Source of the DNA: Candidatus Zambryskiibacteriota bacterium
GTDB taxonomy: Bacteria > Patescibacteriota > Minisyncoccia > Phycocordibacterales > WO2-35-19
Length of the DNA stretch: 64,000 nucleotides
NCBI GenBank assembly: GCA_963840745.1
Contig: CAWJAC010000005.1
Coordinates: forward strand, 91,615-155,614
Reading direction: 5' to 3'
In this document: piece after piece, positions 40,048-49,067 of the stretch
Position numbering within the stretch: position 1 is the first letter of the stretch
Layout of the letters: each line of letters begins with the position of its first letter
The notes under the pieces: generated by a model
Seen by the model: only the letters and a program-made list of their open reading frames with translations
Told to the model about the DNA's origin: nothing
The model's database searches: none
Program-made: the position numbers and the translations under genes

Positions 40048-40427
40048 AGCGGATAGACAGACGACACTGTTGCCAAGTCATCAGCGGAATTAACCGGCAC
40101 GGTAATATCGATGCTGCCATCAAAAGCCGTTCCATTAATATTTTTAGTAGCAAAAAGTTTGGTGGCGGTGGAAGCGTTGCCGGAGAAAGCGCCGGAAAAT
40201 GTTGTAGCTGTGAATGTTCCCCCGCCGGAAATATTATTGCCACTCATTGCAATATTGCCAAACATATTTAATCCACCAGCACCAATATTTGATGCCAGTG
40301 TTGTTGAAGTCGCATTAAAATTGCCAAACGTCGGAGTGGTGGTGGAAACAAATCTTGTGCCGTCAAAAGCAAGCAAAGTGTTGTTGGCAAATGAGGTAGC
40401 GTTAGTGCCGCCGTTTGCAATGCCCAA
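39870..40427 (-). CDS. giant tail-fibre-like surface protein, fragment 5 of 6
   Basis: GIANGGTNATSF...FSGNASTATKLFATKNINGTAFDGSIDITV, a fibre-type repeat. Joins its neighbours by 1-nt shifts near 40448 and 39915. Confidence 0.6.
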   Translation of the reverse strand: MGIANGGTNATSFANNTLLAFDGTRFVSTTTPTFGNFNATSTTLASNIGAGGLNMFGNIAMSGNNISGGGTFTATTFSGAFSGNASTATKLFATKNINGTAFDGSIDITVPVNSADDLATVSSVYPLWTTAAGNTAAKISTTKLSFVPSTGILTATGFSVPITGAVTLSAVPSTQYSQQMELEQL

Positions 40428-40435
40428 AGTGCCGG

Positions 40436-41263
40436 TCAGAGAAGTGAGGGCGCCGTCAAGTTGCCGAAATATGCATAGGTGGATGAGGCATAGGTGGCCG
40501 AGAGCAAAGTGGTGGAAGCATTGGCAAAAGTCTGCAGTCCAGTCCAGCTGTTGGCATTGGCCAGATTGAGACCAATGGTGACAGCCGCATTTTCGGCGCC
40601 GGAGTTGTTGACTGTCAATCCGCCACTGGCGGCGTTGGCCAGGGTGGCTAAGTAGTTGCCGGTGGTGTCAGTGCCGAGGATGATCAAGTCAGCTAAGGTT
40701 GAGGCCCCGGTGCCTCCATACAAAACCCCGATGGTGGTGGTCGCTCCGACCACGCCGGCTCTGACATCAAGCGGGCCGTTCAGAGTTGAGGCCAGATTGA
40801 TGGTGCCGACATTGAGATTGGTGGTGGAGGCGGTGATGAAGGAAGAGTATGAAGTGGAAGAAGAGTATGAGGAGGAGAACAAACCACCACCGGAGATATT
40901 GTTTCCACCCATGGCAATGTTGCCGGCCATGGTGCCTCCTGTCAGAGCCAGGTTGCCGGAAGCCGTGCCGGTCAGGGCGGCCGTGATGGTGCCGGCAGAG
41001 AAGTTGCCGCTTGAATCGCGAGCCACCAAAGTGTTTGCAGTGTTTGTTGAGGAAGTGGCCACATTGCCGAAGGTGTTAACACCGGTGAAGTATGGAATGT
41101 TGCCGATGACAGCGGCGGAGGAGGTGGACAGTCCGCCAAAGCCGACTGTGGTGCCGGAGAGAGTGATGGGCCAGGTGACGGAGATGGCGGCTTGCTTCCC
41201 GCTGAAAGTATTGTAGTCGGAGGTGGAGAGACAGCCGGCTTGCGAACCGTGGCGGTGAGGCAA
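40436..41263 (-). CDS. giant tail-fibre-like surface protein, fragment 4 of 6
   Basis: AGCLSTSDYNTFSGKQAAISVTWPITLSGTTVGFGG...LVARDSSGNFSAGTITAALTG. Confidence 0.6.
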   Translation of the reverse strand: MPHRHGSQAGCLSTSDYNTFSGKQAAISVTWPITLSGTTVGFGGLSTSSAAVIGNIPYFTGVNTFGNVATSSTNTANTLVARDSSGNFSAGTITAALTGTASGNLALTGGTMAGNIAMGGNNISGGGLFSSSYSSSTSYSSFITASTTNLNVGTINLASTLNGPLDVRAGVVGATTTIGVLYGGTGASTLADLIILGTDTTGNYLATLANAASGGLTVNNSGAENAAVTIGLNLANANSWTGLQTFANASTTLLSATYASSTYAYFGNLTAPSLL

Positions 41264-41940
41264 GTCAGTGTGGCGGCTGCGCTTCCGATGACTGAAATGG
41301 CGTGATCGAGAGAGAGAGCTCCTGTGGCAGAAAGTGATGTGGTGGCCACCGAGCCTAACTTGGCCGGCACACCGTTAGTGGTTGTCCAATATGCCAGATT
41401 GCTCATGACTTCACCTGATGAAGTGGCCAGTTGGTTTGAGAGTGTGATAGTGCCGCCGAGAGCCACTGTGCCTCCGCCACTTAAACCAGTGCCTGTGTTA
41501 ACGGTGACGGAAGTGTTGGTCAAACCGAGAGAACCTGAATTGTTTGTCAGTCCCGTGCCAGCCAGATTGTTAAATGATTGATTTCCCACGATGAGATTGG
41601 TGGTGGAGGCGGTGATGAAGGAAGAGTATGAGGTGGAGGAGGAGTATGCAAAAGTTTGATTGCCAATAAATGTTTGAGCGGCATCGGTGCGAGCTAAGGT
41701 GGCGTTAGAGTCAGGTAGGGTGAAAGTTTTTTCAGATGATGTTGGGCCCACGAATTTGGTAAAGCCATTGCCTGTGCCGCCATATGTTGAAGCAATGATT
41801 TGATTGAGATCAGCTGAACCGTTAAAGGTGTTGCCATAAATTGATCGAGAGTTTGCAAGTGTGGTGGCTGTACTGGCATTGCCTGTCAAAGCAGCAGTGA
41901 TGATGCCGGCTGCAAAGTTGCCTGAGGCATCTCGGGCCAC
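40972..41940 (-). CDS. giant tail-fibre-like surface protein, fragment 3 of 6
   Basis: ARDASGNFAAGIITAALTGNASTATTLANSRSIYGNTFNGSADL. The last ~95 residues of the track ORF are an out-of-frame read of fragment 4. Confidence 0.6.
   Translation of the reverse strand: MARDASGNFAAGIITAALTGNASTATTLANSRSIYGNTFNGSADLNQIIASTYGGTGNGFTKFVGPTSSEKTFTLPDSNATLARTDAAQTFIGNQTFAYSSSTSYSSFITASTTNLIVGNQSFNNLAGTGLTNNSGSLGLTNTSVTVNTGTGLSGGGTVALGGTITLSNQLATSSGEVMSNLAYWTTTNGVPAKLGSVATTSLSATGALSLDHAISVIGSAAATLTCLTATVRKPAVSPPPTTILSAGSKPPSPSPGPSLSPAPQSALADCPPPPPLSSATFHTSPVLTPSAMWPLPQQTLQTLWWLAIQAATSLPAPSRPP
41052..41187. repeat. intragenic 136-bp direct repeat, copy A
   Basis: Matches 41965-42100 with 4 mismatches and no gaps. 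Confidence 0.85.
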
Positions 41941-44102
41941 AAAGGCTCGGCGGTATTGATTGATGAAGTGGCCACATTGCCGAAGGTGTTAACTCCGGTG
42001 AAGTATGGAATGTTGCCGATGACAGCGGCGCATGAGGTGGACAGTCCGCCAAAGCCGACTGTGGTGCCGGAGAGAGTGATGGGCCAGGTGACGGAGATGG
42101 TTCCCTGTTTTCCATTGAGTGTAGTTTGCAAATCTGTTCCTCCTAATGAAAGTGTTCCAAAGAACACATTGGTTGATAAGGCATATGTTGAAGAGAATAA
42201 TGTTGAAGAAGCGTTGGTGAATGTTTGTAATCCAGTCCAGATATTTGCATTTGCTAAATTTAGAGTCAGAGCATTGCCTGAAATTTGTAACCCGCTACCA
42301 GTTAAATCATTAAATGATTCGCCATTAACAATTAAATTTGTAGTACTCGCAGTATTAAAAGATGAATATGCAGTTGATGAAGAGTATCCGAAGGAAAGAA
42401 TGGAGGTGGTGGCAGAGACTCCAACTGATGGATGGGTGAAGGCATCGTATGAATACAGCGGTGAGCCGAAGTCGGACACTTGCGATTTGGTGATTAAGAG
42501 ATTGGGCAGAGAGATGATGGAAGAGATTGAAGTGGTACCCATTTCAATTTTTCCATTATTTAAAGTGTTTAGTGAAGTTTGTAAATCATTGCCACTGAGA
42601 GAGAGGGTGCCGAAGTATGCATTGGTTGATGAAGCATAAACGGAGGAGAAGAGAGTGGAGGAAGCATTGGCAAATGTTTGCAAGCCAGTGAAAATATTAT
42701 TTTTATAAAGTTTAGCAATGGTGGTCGATGCATCAATGTATGAATTAACAACTGAAGTATCAAGAGTAAGCGCACCGCCGGTATTAATAAGTCCCGAGCC
42801 CAATAAATTGTTAAAAGAATTATTTCCTACAATTAAATTGGTGGTGCTTGCGGTGTTGAATGAAGAATAAATGGTCGAAGATGAATAAAGGAAACTGACA
42901 TTGCCGCTGGCGCGCCAGACATTTGTGCCATCGGTTGCCCAATTACCGGTAGTGGCTCCGCCAATAATATTGCCCGCCCAATAAAGATCACCATTTGAAT
43001 TATAAAGACGAGAAGATGAATCGGAAGGAATGGAAGTAGAAGCAATATAGAAAGCGCCATCTAAAGTTAAAGTGTCTTGCCTTGTGGTAGTACCTACCGC
43101 AAGCCAATCTGTAGCAGAAAGATTAGTGGCAGTAGTAGTTCCAAATGTGGCAGAGTCGGAAACTGAAAGAGAAGTGAATGATCCGGAATCAGCAGAAACA
43201 GAAGAGCCAGAAAAAGAAGAATTGGTAATTGTAGAGCTGTCTATATTGGCAATGCTGTTTTTAATGCTGCCACTTAAATTATCAATAATCCTGTCATTTT
43301 GATTTGTGATGTAATAGCGATTGACGTTTGGAACTGTATTTGAAACGAAAGGCAATGTCAGGAAATAATTTTTTAATTGCGCGATTTGCGTGTCTACATA
43401 ATTTCTATCGGAGCTGGCCACAAAAACAGTTTTAGCTATGCTTGCTCCCGCCGAAGTGGGAGCGGAGGTGGGAGAAGTGGTGGAGGATGTATTATTTTCA
43501 ACGATAATAGTGCCTCCATTATTTGAAAGCCAAGGTTTTATTATTTTATACGCAGTATCTTTTATCCATCCAGAAACAGATTGCAATCCATCTACAGAAA
43601 ATATAGAAGAAGCAAGCTGACTGCTATTTTGCCCCAAGTTTGAGGCATTTTTCTTAAATTTTGAATAATTACTTTCCAATTCATTCACATAAGGACCAAA
43701 GACATAGGACAGCTCTCCTTTGACATGACTACCAAAATTATTTGGAATCAACTTAGCCATGCTTTCTTTTCCAAAAACAAAACCAAAAGCAGAGAGTAAA
43801 ACAAAGGAAACTATGGTGGCATTTATGGCAAGCTTTTCGAAATTAGACTTCTTTTTTGGTCTTTTTATTGCCTCCTCAATACTACTCAGAGCAATATATT
43901 TTGCCGCATTTGCGTCAAACTTTTTTTCCAAAACTGGAAATAATGGTTTATCATCCTTGTGATATAAGGGTTTTACCACTCCGACATCTCGGGTGCCCGA
44001 GATATTCGATTTTATCCCCTTCTTTTTCCAGTGGAAAAATAACATCTGAAGCTGAGTTTTTACTATATTTAGGGATATTTTTTTCTTTACTTTCTCTATC
44101 AT
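41886..44102 (-). CDS. giant tail-fibre-like surface protein, fragment 2 of 6
   Basis: TM anchor (AINATIVSFVLLSAFGFVFG), then Ser/Thr/Asn-rich repeats (YSSSTxYSSFxTASTTNLIV). Confidence 0.65.
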   Translation of the reverse strand: MIEKVKKKISLNIVKTQLQMLFFHWKKKGIKSNISGTRDVGVVKPLYHKDDKPLFPVLEKKFDANAAKYIALSSIEEAIKRPKKKSNFEKLAINATIVSFVLLSAFGFVFGKESMAKLIPNNFGSHVKGELSYVFGPYVNELESNYSKFKKNASNLGQNSSQLASSIFSVDGLQSVSGWIKDTAYKIIKPWLSNNGGTIIVENNTSSTTSPTSAPTSAGASIAKTVFVASSDRNYVDTQIAQLKNYFLTLPFVSNTVPNVNRYYITNQNDRIIDNLSGSIKNSIANIDSSTITNSSFSGSSVSADSGSFTSLSVSDSATFGTTTATNLSATDWLAVGTTTRQDTLTLDGAFYIASTSIPSDSSSRLYNSNGDLYWAGNIIGGATTGNWATDGTNVWRASGNVSFLYSSSTIYSSFNTASTTNLIVGNNSFNNLLGSGLINTGGALTLDTSVVNSYIDASTTIAKLYKNNIFTGLQTFANASSTLFSSVYASSTNAYFGTLSLSGNDLQTSLNTLNNGKIEMGTTSISSIISLPNLLITKSQVSDFGSPLYSYDAFTHPSVGVSATTSILSFGYSSSTAYSSFNTASTTNLIVNGESFNDLTGSGLQISGNALTLNLANANIWTGLQTFTNASSTLFSSTYALSTNVFFGTLSLGGTDLQTTLNGKQGTISVTWPITLSGTTVGFGGLSTSCAAVIGNIPYFTGVNTFGNVATSSINTAEPLWPEMPQATLQPASSLLL
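41965..42100. repeat. intragenic 136-bp direct repeat, copy B
   Basis: Matches 41052-41187. Encodes ISVTWPITLSGTTVGFGGLSTS.AAVIGNIPYFTGVNTFGNVATS. Confidence 0.85.
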
Positions 44103-44418
44103 TTATATCTTCATTTTGCTCTTTTTTTAGACTTCTTAGATTTTTTGGATTTGCCGATTTTACAGCCAAACCATTTTTTTTAAGTCGGCGAGTTTTGAGG
44201 GTTTTCTTGTGAGCAAGTAGATTTTTATTTTTGTGATCTAAAATTTCGTTCTCTAAGACATACCAGCTCCTGCCAACCAGACTGGCAGAGATTTTTTTTG
44301 CTCTGCAAAGTTGTCCGACATAATCACTGTCATAGCCGGTGATGTCAGCAGCTCGGCTAGCCGAGATGTATTTTTTACCTTTCAGATAGAGAGTCTTATT
44401 CACATATATATTATACAA
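43951..44418 (-). CDS. giant tail-fibre-like surface protein, fragment 1 of 6 (N-terminal HTH-like module)
   Basis: KKYISASRAADITGYDSDYVGQLCRAKKISASLVGRSWYV. Joins fragment 2 by a shift near 43990. Confidence 0.55.
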   Translation of the reverse strand: MYNIYVNKTLYLKGKKYISASRAADITGYDSDYVGQLCRAKKISASLVGRSWYVLENEILDHKNKNLLAHKKTLKTRRLKKNGLAVKSANPKNLRSLKKEQNEDINDRESKEKNIPKYSKNSASDVIFPLEKEGDKIEYLGHPRCRSGKTLISQG

Positions 44419-44732
44419 TCTCGGCTAGACGAGATGATAAAAAAGATGTGGATAAATAAGAAATATTTTAAGATGTAAAAGTTAAAATTAAAAGTTTACA
44501 AAAACCTTAAAATTAATTAGGTATATACCTGAATGTATTACTATAGAGATTAAGCGTTTTATTAAAGCAGAATAGCCTTATATATTTTTGAATTATAGTT
44601 TTACATTTTGATTTTTAAACTTTTAATTTTCAATAGTTATCCACATTATTAAACTTGTATAAACATATCTATCCATCTTATAATGTTTATGTAGGTTTTA
44701 TAATGTTTACTTAATAGAAGATTATTAAAAAT

Positions 44733-44978
44733 ATGAATAAATATATAACAATAATGGAGGCCGCTAATATATTAGGTGTTTCTAAGATCACTCTAAGAAA
44801 TTGGGATAAATCCGGTAAGCTTAAAGCCCACCGCCACCCATTTAATAACTATAGAGTCTATAAACTAGAAGATATTGACAAAGTGATAGAAATGATTGAG
44901 AGTGATAATTTCATTATTAAAAAGAAGAAAAACGAGATTCGCAAGCTTGCTGTTCATCACCTGGAAGAAGGTGAGTAA
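44733..44978 (+). CDS. MerR/excisionase-type HTH DNA-binding protein
   Basis: ITIMEAANILGVSKITLRNWDKSGKLKAHRHPFNNYRVYKLEDI. Confidence 0.75.
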   Translation: MNKYITIMEAANILGVSKITLRNWDKSGKLKAHRHPFNNYRVYKLEDIDKVIEMIESDNFIIKKKKNEIRKLAVHHLEEGE

Positions 44979-45372
44979 GAAAGTAAATTTCTGAATATTT
45001 AATGTATATATTATTAAATATAAAAAAGACAATCAAGCTAAGAATATTCTAAACCAGAATTGTTATAAATAACAACCACAAAAACATTCCCCTCTCTTTT
45101 ATATATAAAATATATTGATAGTAGTATATTTCTATAAGTTTAATTTTTATTGATTTTTAAATAAAAATGTTTCCTATCATCTCAATTAAATAAACTTGTT
45201 TTGGTATAAATAAAATCAAACCAAACAGAGATTAACAGAGATTAGATCTTCTCCAGCTCATCTAAGTTGACATTGTATACATCACAAACTAGCTCAATAC
45301 TGTGTGAAATTATGTAATACAAATTACACTAAACCATTAATATGGTGCAACATCTTGTTGTAAAAATCTATA

Positions 45373-45412
45373 CTAAACGCTCAGCGTCTAATATTAGACG
45401 CTGAGCGTTTAG
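45373..45412. repeat. 40-bp perfect palindrome (REP/IS200-type hairpin) upstream of the RAYT gene
   Basis: ctaaacgctcagcgtctaat|attagacgctgagcgtttag, 20/20 arms. The left arm recurs at 3826-3854. Confidence 0.85.
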
Positions 45413-45468
45413 TAGTTATCCACACACTGAAAAACAGCACCAGAAGCTTCTGCTATACTAGAAGCATC

Positions 45469-46137
45469 ATGAGATTAGAGAATTTTGCAGAAAAAGAGTA
45501 CTACCACGTCTTTGGCAGAGGTGTTAATAAAGAAAAAATATTTATTGATGACCACGACAAGGCAAGATTTATATTTTTAATTACCCATTTTCAGTCCCCT
45601 ATCAAGATATATAATGTTAATTGGTATACAGAAAGTTTTATCAAAAAAAATTATTTTAGTACTAAAGAAGACAGAGTTAAGGAGATAGTCAACAAAAGAA
45701 ATATTGAGCTTGTTTCTTTTGTTCTGATGTCAAATCATTTTCATCTTTTGGTCCAAAATTTGGAAGATCGTATATTATCGGTATATATGCATCGAATCCT
45801 TACCGCCTATAGTAAATATTTCAATAACAAATATAAAAAGAAAGGACATGTTTTTGAGGGTCCATTTGGAGCAACGCATATTAAGAACAACACTCAACTA
45901 TTGCACCTATCTGCTTATATACACAAGAATCCAAAAGAGATCAGGGGCTGGGAAAATACTTACAATAAATATCCGTACTCAAGCTATCAGGACTTCATCG
46001 GTCTAAATAGATGGGGTCATTTGCTGTCCCCCGATATAGTTCTAAAACAGTTTAAAGACCAAACAAAATATAAGGATTTTGTGGATACCAGCACCGCCAA
46101 AGAAGGTCTAAATGGCCTTGAGAATGAGGTCCTTTAA
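45469..46137 (+). CDS. IS200/IS605-type Y1 (HUH) transposase, RAYT-like
   Basis: YHVFGRGVNKEKIF; HUH as SNHFHLLV; catalytic Tyr region LSAYIHKNP. Confidence 0.8.
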   Translation: MRLENFAEKEYYHVFGRGVNKEKIFIDDHDKARFIFLITHFQSPIKIYNVNWYTESFIKKNYFSTKEDRVKEIVNKRNIELVSFVLMSNHFHLLVQNLEDRILSVYMHRILTAYSKYFNNKYKKKGHVFEGPFGATHIKNNTQLLHLSAYIHKNPKEIRGWENTYNKYPYSSYQDFIGLNRWGHLLSPDIVLKQFKDQTKYKDFVDTSTAKEGLNGLENEVL

Positions 46138-47519
46138 GATAGTTGGATTGGCAGACCCTTTGGTCTCTTTCATACACTGGCCGACTAAAAATTGGATGGC
46201 TGAGAGCTTCCGGCTTTATACTCTTCCACTACTTTTTGATTTTGTTCCATCACTTTTTTTACAACCAAGATTAGCTCCGCTTCATTACTTTTTTGAATAA
46301 GATCTTCCTTATCTGCAATGACGCGAGGATCTCCGCCTTCATTTACTAAAATTTGAATTATGTCTTTAGCCCCCCGTGAAGAAAGTTCGCCCGAATTTAT
46401 CATATTAACTACGGTGGCAACCGACTCGGGGTTTACACTAAAAGCCACCTCACCCAAACTTGCCAAGTCACTTACGACATAATTGGAAAGCAGCTGGAAA
46501 TCATTCTTTTTAAGCGAAGAGGCTATCTTTTCAAAAATATTACCTAAAGCGATATTTGAAATATAAAAATTAATGTCGCTCCCTTTGAGGCTGTAATCTT
46601 TTTTAAACCTCTCCCTCTTTTGGGCTGGTGTTTCATTTAATTCTCGACGTAAAGACTCCTCACTTAATTCGCTTAATTCGCTTAATTTTAGTTTTGGAAG
46701 ATCAGGATCAGGAAAGTAGCGATAGTCGTGAGAATCTTCTTTGGACCTCTGGGAGAAAGTTATCTGTTTTTTATCATCCCAGCCCCTAGTCTCTTGGGCC
46801 ACCTTCTCACCTTTCTCTAGAACTTCTGCCTGCCTCTCAAGTTCATACGCAATCGCCTTCTCAGCCGAGCGGAAAGAATTCAGATTTTTTACTTCTACTT
46901 TAGTCCCTAAGGTCTGGTCTTTGGAAAGTGAAATATTGGCTTCAAGCCTCATTTCCCCCTTCTCCATATTGGCCTCCGCCACTCCTAGATACTGCAATAA
47001 AAGCTGCAATTCCTCGCCAAATTTAACAACTTCTTCGGCTGAATGCATAACTGGTTCGGTCACAAGTTCTAAAAGAGGTACTCCTGCACGATTAAAATCA
47101 ACCAGACTATAACCCTTTCCCTCACTTCCTTCGGGACCTTCGGCATGCATTGATTTGGCTGTATCCTCCTCCAAATGAACCCTTGTAATTTTAACTCCTA
47201 AAAGTTCTCCGCCCAAAACCAATGGATGTTTGTATTGGCTTATCTGGTAGCCTTTAGGAATGTCCGGGTAAAAATAATTTTTGCGGTCAAACTCAGTAAA
47301 ATGGCCGATCTTACCACCAACTGAGAGTCCCACTTTCAAAACACATTTGGCCGCCTCTTTGTTTATAACAGGCAAAGTACCCGGATGTCCAAGACAAACC
47401 GGACAAATGTTTACATTCGGCCTCTTTTCGTCTGTGTCATTTTTGCAGGCGCAAAACATCTTGGTTTTGGTCTTAAGTTCGGCGTGAATTTCAAGGCCTA
47501 TTGTTGGTTTGTATTCCAT
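46108..47519 (-). CDS. gatB: Asp/Glu-tRNA amidotransferase subunit B; 3' end frameshifted
   Basis: MEYKPTIGLEIHAELKTKTKMFC..CPVCLGHPGTLP. Track ORF ends at 46185. Adding one A near 46209 restores ..EYKAGKLSAIQFLVGQCMKETKGSANP.. with stop at 46108. Confidence 0.88.
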
Positions 47520-47552
47520 ATATCATATGATAATAACTCACCACGCCCTCTC

Positions 47553-47795
47553 TTACAAATCTTTGTAGGTGTTGTTGTTTTTTCGGTCTATTTTAATAAT
47601 ATTCACATTTTGTCCTTCCCAAGAAAATACAATTCTTATACCGCCTTTTCTAACTCTATATAAAACGTCAAAACCGCTTAATTTTTTAAAATTAAGACCT
47701 TCAAAATTCTTATTTTTGATTGATTTTAGGCAATTCTCAACAATTACCCTCTCTTTCTTAGATAATTTATTTAGAAATTTATCTATCTTGTTCAT
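47553..47795 (-). CDS. RelE/ParE-family type II toxin
   Basis: 80 aa. KKLSGFDVLYRVRKGGIRIVFSWEGQNVNIIKIDRKNNNTY. Confidence 0.75.
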   Translation of the reverse strand: MNKIDKFLNKLSKKERVIVENCLKSIKNKNFEGLNFKKLSGFDVLYRVRKGGIRIVFSWEGQNVNIIKIDRKNNNTYKDL

Positions 47796-48039
47796 TGAGT
47801 CTTTTCAGAGATTTAAGCGCCTCATCTATAGAAATGCCTTTTTTATTTATTTTAGTGAAATCAACAACCGTTTCCCACAAATTATCATTGTCCTCATCAA
47901 AAGGGACCATATTAAAAACAGGCCTTGATCGGCGAATAACAGTAAAAGTTTCTCCCTTGTTTAAACGGTTGATATATTTGCCAGTATTCAATCTCAAGTC
48001 TTTAAGACCTATTATTTTGTTTCTTGATTTAGTTATCAT
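47779..48039 (-). CDS. Phd/YefM-like antitoxin
   Basis: 86 aa. IGLKDLRLNTGKYINRLNKGETFTVIRRSRPVFNMVP. Overlaps the toxin by 17 nt. Confidence 0.7.
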   Translation of the reverse strand: MITKSRNKIIGLKDLRLNTGKYINRLNKGETFTVIRRSRPVFNMVPFDEDNDNLWETVVDFTKINKKGISIDEALKSLKRLNEQDR

Positions 48040-48076
48040 ATGCTATAAGTTTACCTGAAGATAAACTTCTGTCAAG

Positions 48077-49066
48077 TTATTTGTTTGATATATTGAAAGA
48101 TTTCATTTTTTTGCTGTATTCGATGACAGTACGCACGTATTCGGCGTGGCTCCAAGTGAGAGGCGTGGCTGACAGAGGTTCTCCGGTATAAGGATTTAGC
48201 TGTTCGGAAAGCATTCCGGAATTTGCAAATTTGGCCACCCATTCTATATCTTTGGCCGCCTCTTCAAGCTCTAGCGTAGAAGCAGCTACTGCTATTTTAT
48301 ATTGAGTAAACCAGAGAGTAGTGACAAACCACGGATTACCAGTCGAATCTCCGCCTTCGACATGAGAATATTTGTCTCCTTCGTAGCGAGCAAAACCCCC
48401 AATACTAATACCTCTACAGAGCCTGCTGCTTAATATTCTAAAAGCTTCTTTCATTCTCGGATCATCGCTAGAGATCACTCCAAAACGAAACGGGCCATAA
48501 AAACTGCTGGCATCCAGATTGACATCTTTCTCTAATTTATCACCAATAAGCTTGAAAAAATATTTGCCGCCTTCGTTCCAAAGTGAAGTCAAAATGGCTT
48601 TGCGTAAAATTTCCGCCTCATTATAAAACTTATTAGAGTCCTCTTCCTTGCCTAAGGTCTTGGCAAAACTATGAGCGGCAATCAAACCTCCATAAACCAA
48701 AGATGCGGTAAACGGTGAGACTCCATACTGTTCTTCCCATAAATCGTAACTCGGCAAAGGCAGTCCCGAATGGATATCTCTGTAATGAATTAAAAAATCA
48801 GCCGCTTTTTTTATAAAAATATTGTATAGCTTCTCAATAAATTCCAAATCTTTGGCTCTTATATAATGTTCCCAAAGACCGACTAGGAGAACAGCAGTCT
48901 CGTCTTCTTGAATGGCAAGCTGCCTCTTTCCATCTTTAACCCATGGATGCCATGAACTGCCAAGAGAATGGTCCGGCTGGTATTTGTGCAAAACATAACC
49001 CTCTTCGGTTAAAATACCACTGGCAAAATCATAAAATCTTCTGGAAACATCATAAAATCCGGCCAT
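48077..49066 (-). CDS. glycoside hydrolase family 15 (glucoamylase-like), C-terminal fragment
   Basis: (alpha/alpha)6 catalytic region: LWEEQYGVSPFTASLVYGGL, WFVTTLWFTQY, LSEQLNPYTGEPLSATPLTWSHAEY. Confidence 0.8.
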   Translation of the reverse strand: MAGFYDVSRRFYDFASGILTEEGYVLHKYQPDHSLGSSWHPWVKDGKRQLAIQEDETAVLLVGLWEHYIRAKDLEFIEKLYNIFIKKAADFLIHYRDIHSGLPLPSYDLWEEQYGVSPFTASLVYGGLIAAHSFAKTLGKEEDSNKFYNEAEILRKAILTSLWNEGGKYFFKLIGDKLEKDVNLDASSFYGPFRFGVISSDDPRMKEAFRILSSRLCRGISIGGFARYEGDKYSHVEGGDSTGNPWFVTTLWFTQYKIAVAASTLELEEAAKDIEWVAKFANSGMLSEQLNPYTGEPLSATPLTWSHAEYVRTVIEYSKKMKSFNISNK

Positions 49067-49067
49067 A

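Larger units (their letters stand above)
44446..45424. promoter_or_regulatory. AT-rich non-coding region with three perfect DnaA-box 9-mers
   Basis: TGTGGATAA 44446-44454; TTATCCACA 44637-44645 and 45416-45424. Also 12-mer ttataatgttta x2 (44678, 44698), each containing TATAAT. Confidence 0.4.

Noticed and set aside
37734-44978. A prophage, suggested by the tail-fibre/S74 motifs and the neighbouring excisionase-type HTH.
   Set aside because: There are no capsid, portal, terminase, tail-tube or integrase genes in the 64 kb. The protein has a TM anchor and a cellular-type N-terminal module. I treat it as a cellular adhesin of fibre ancestry.
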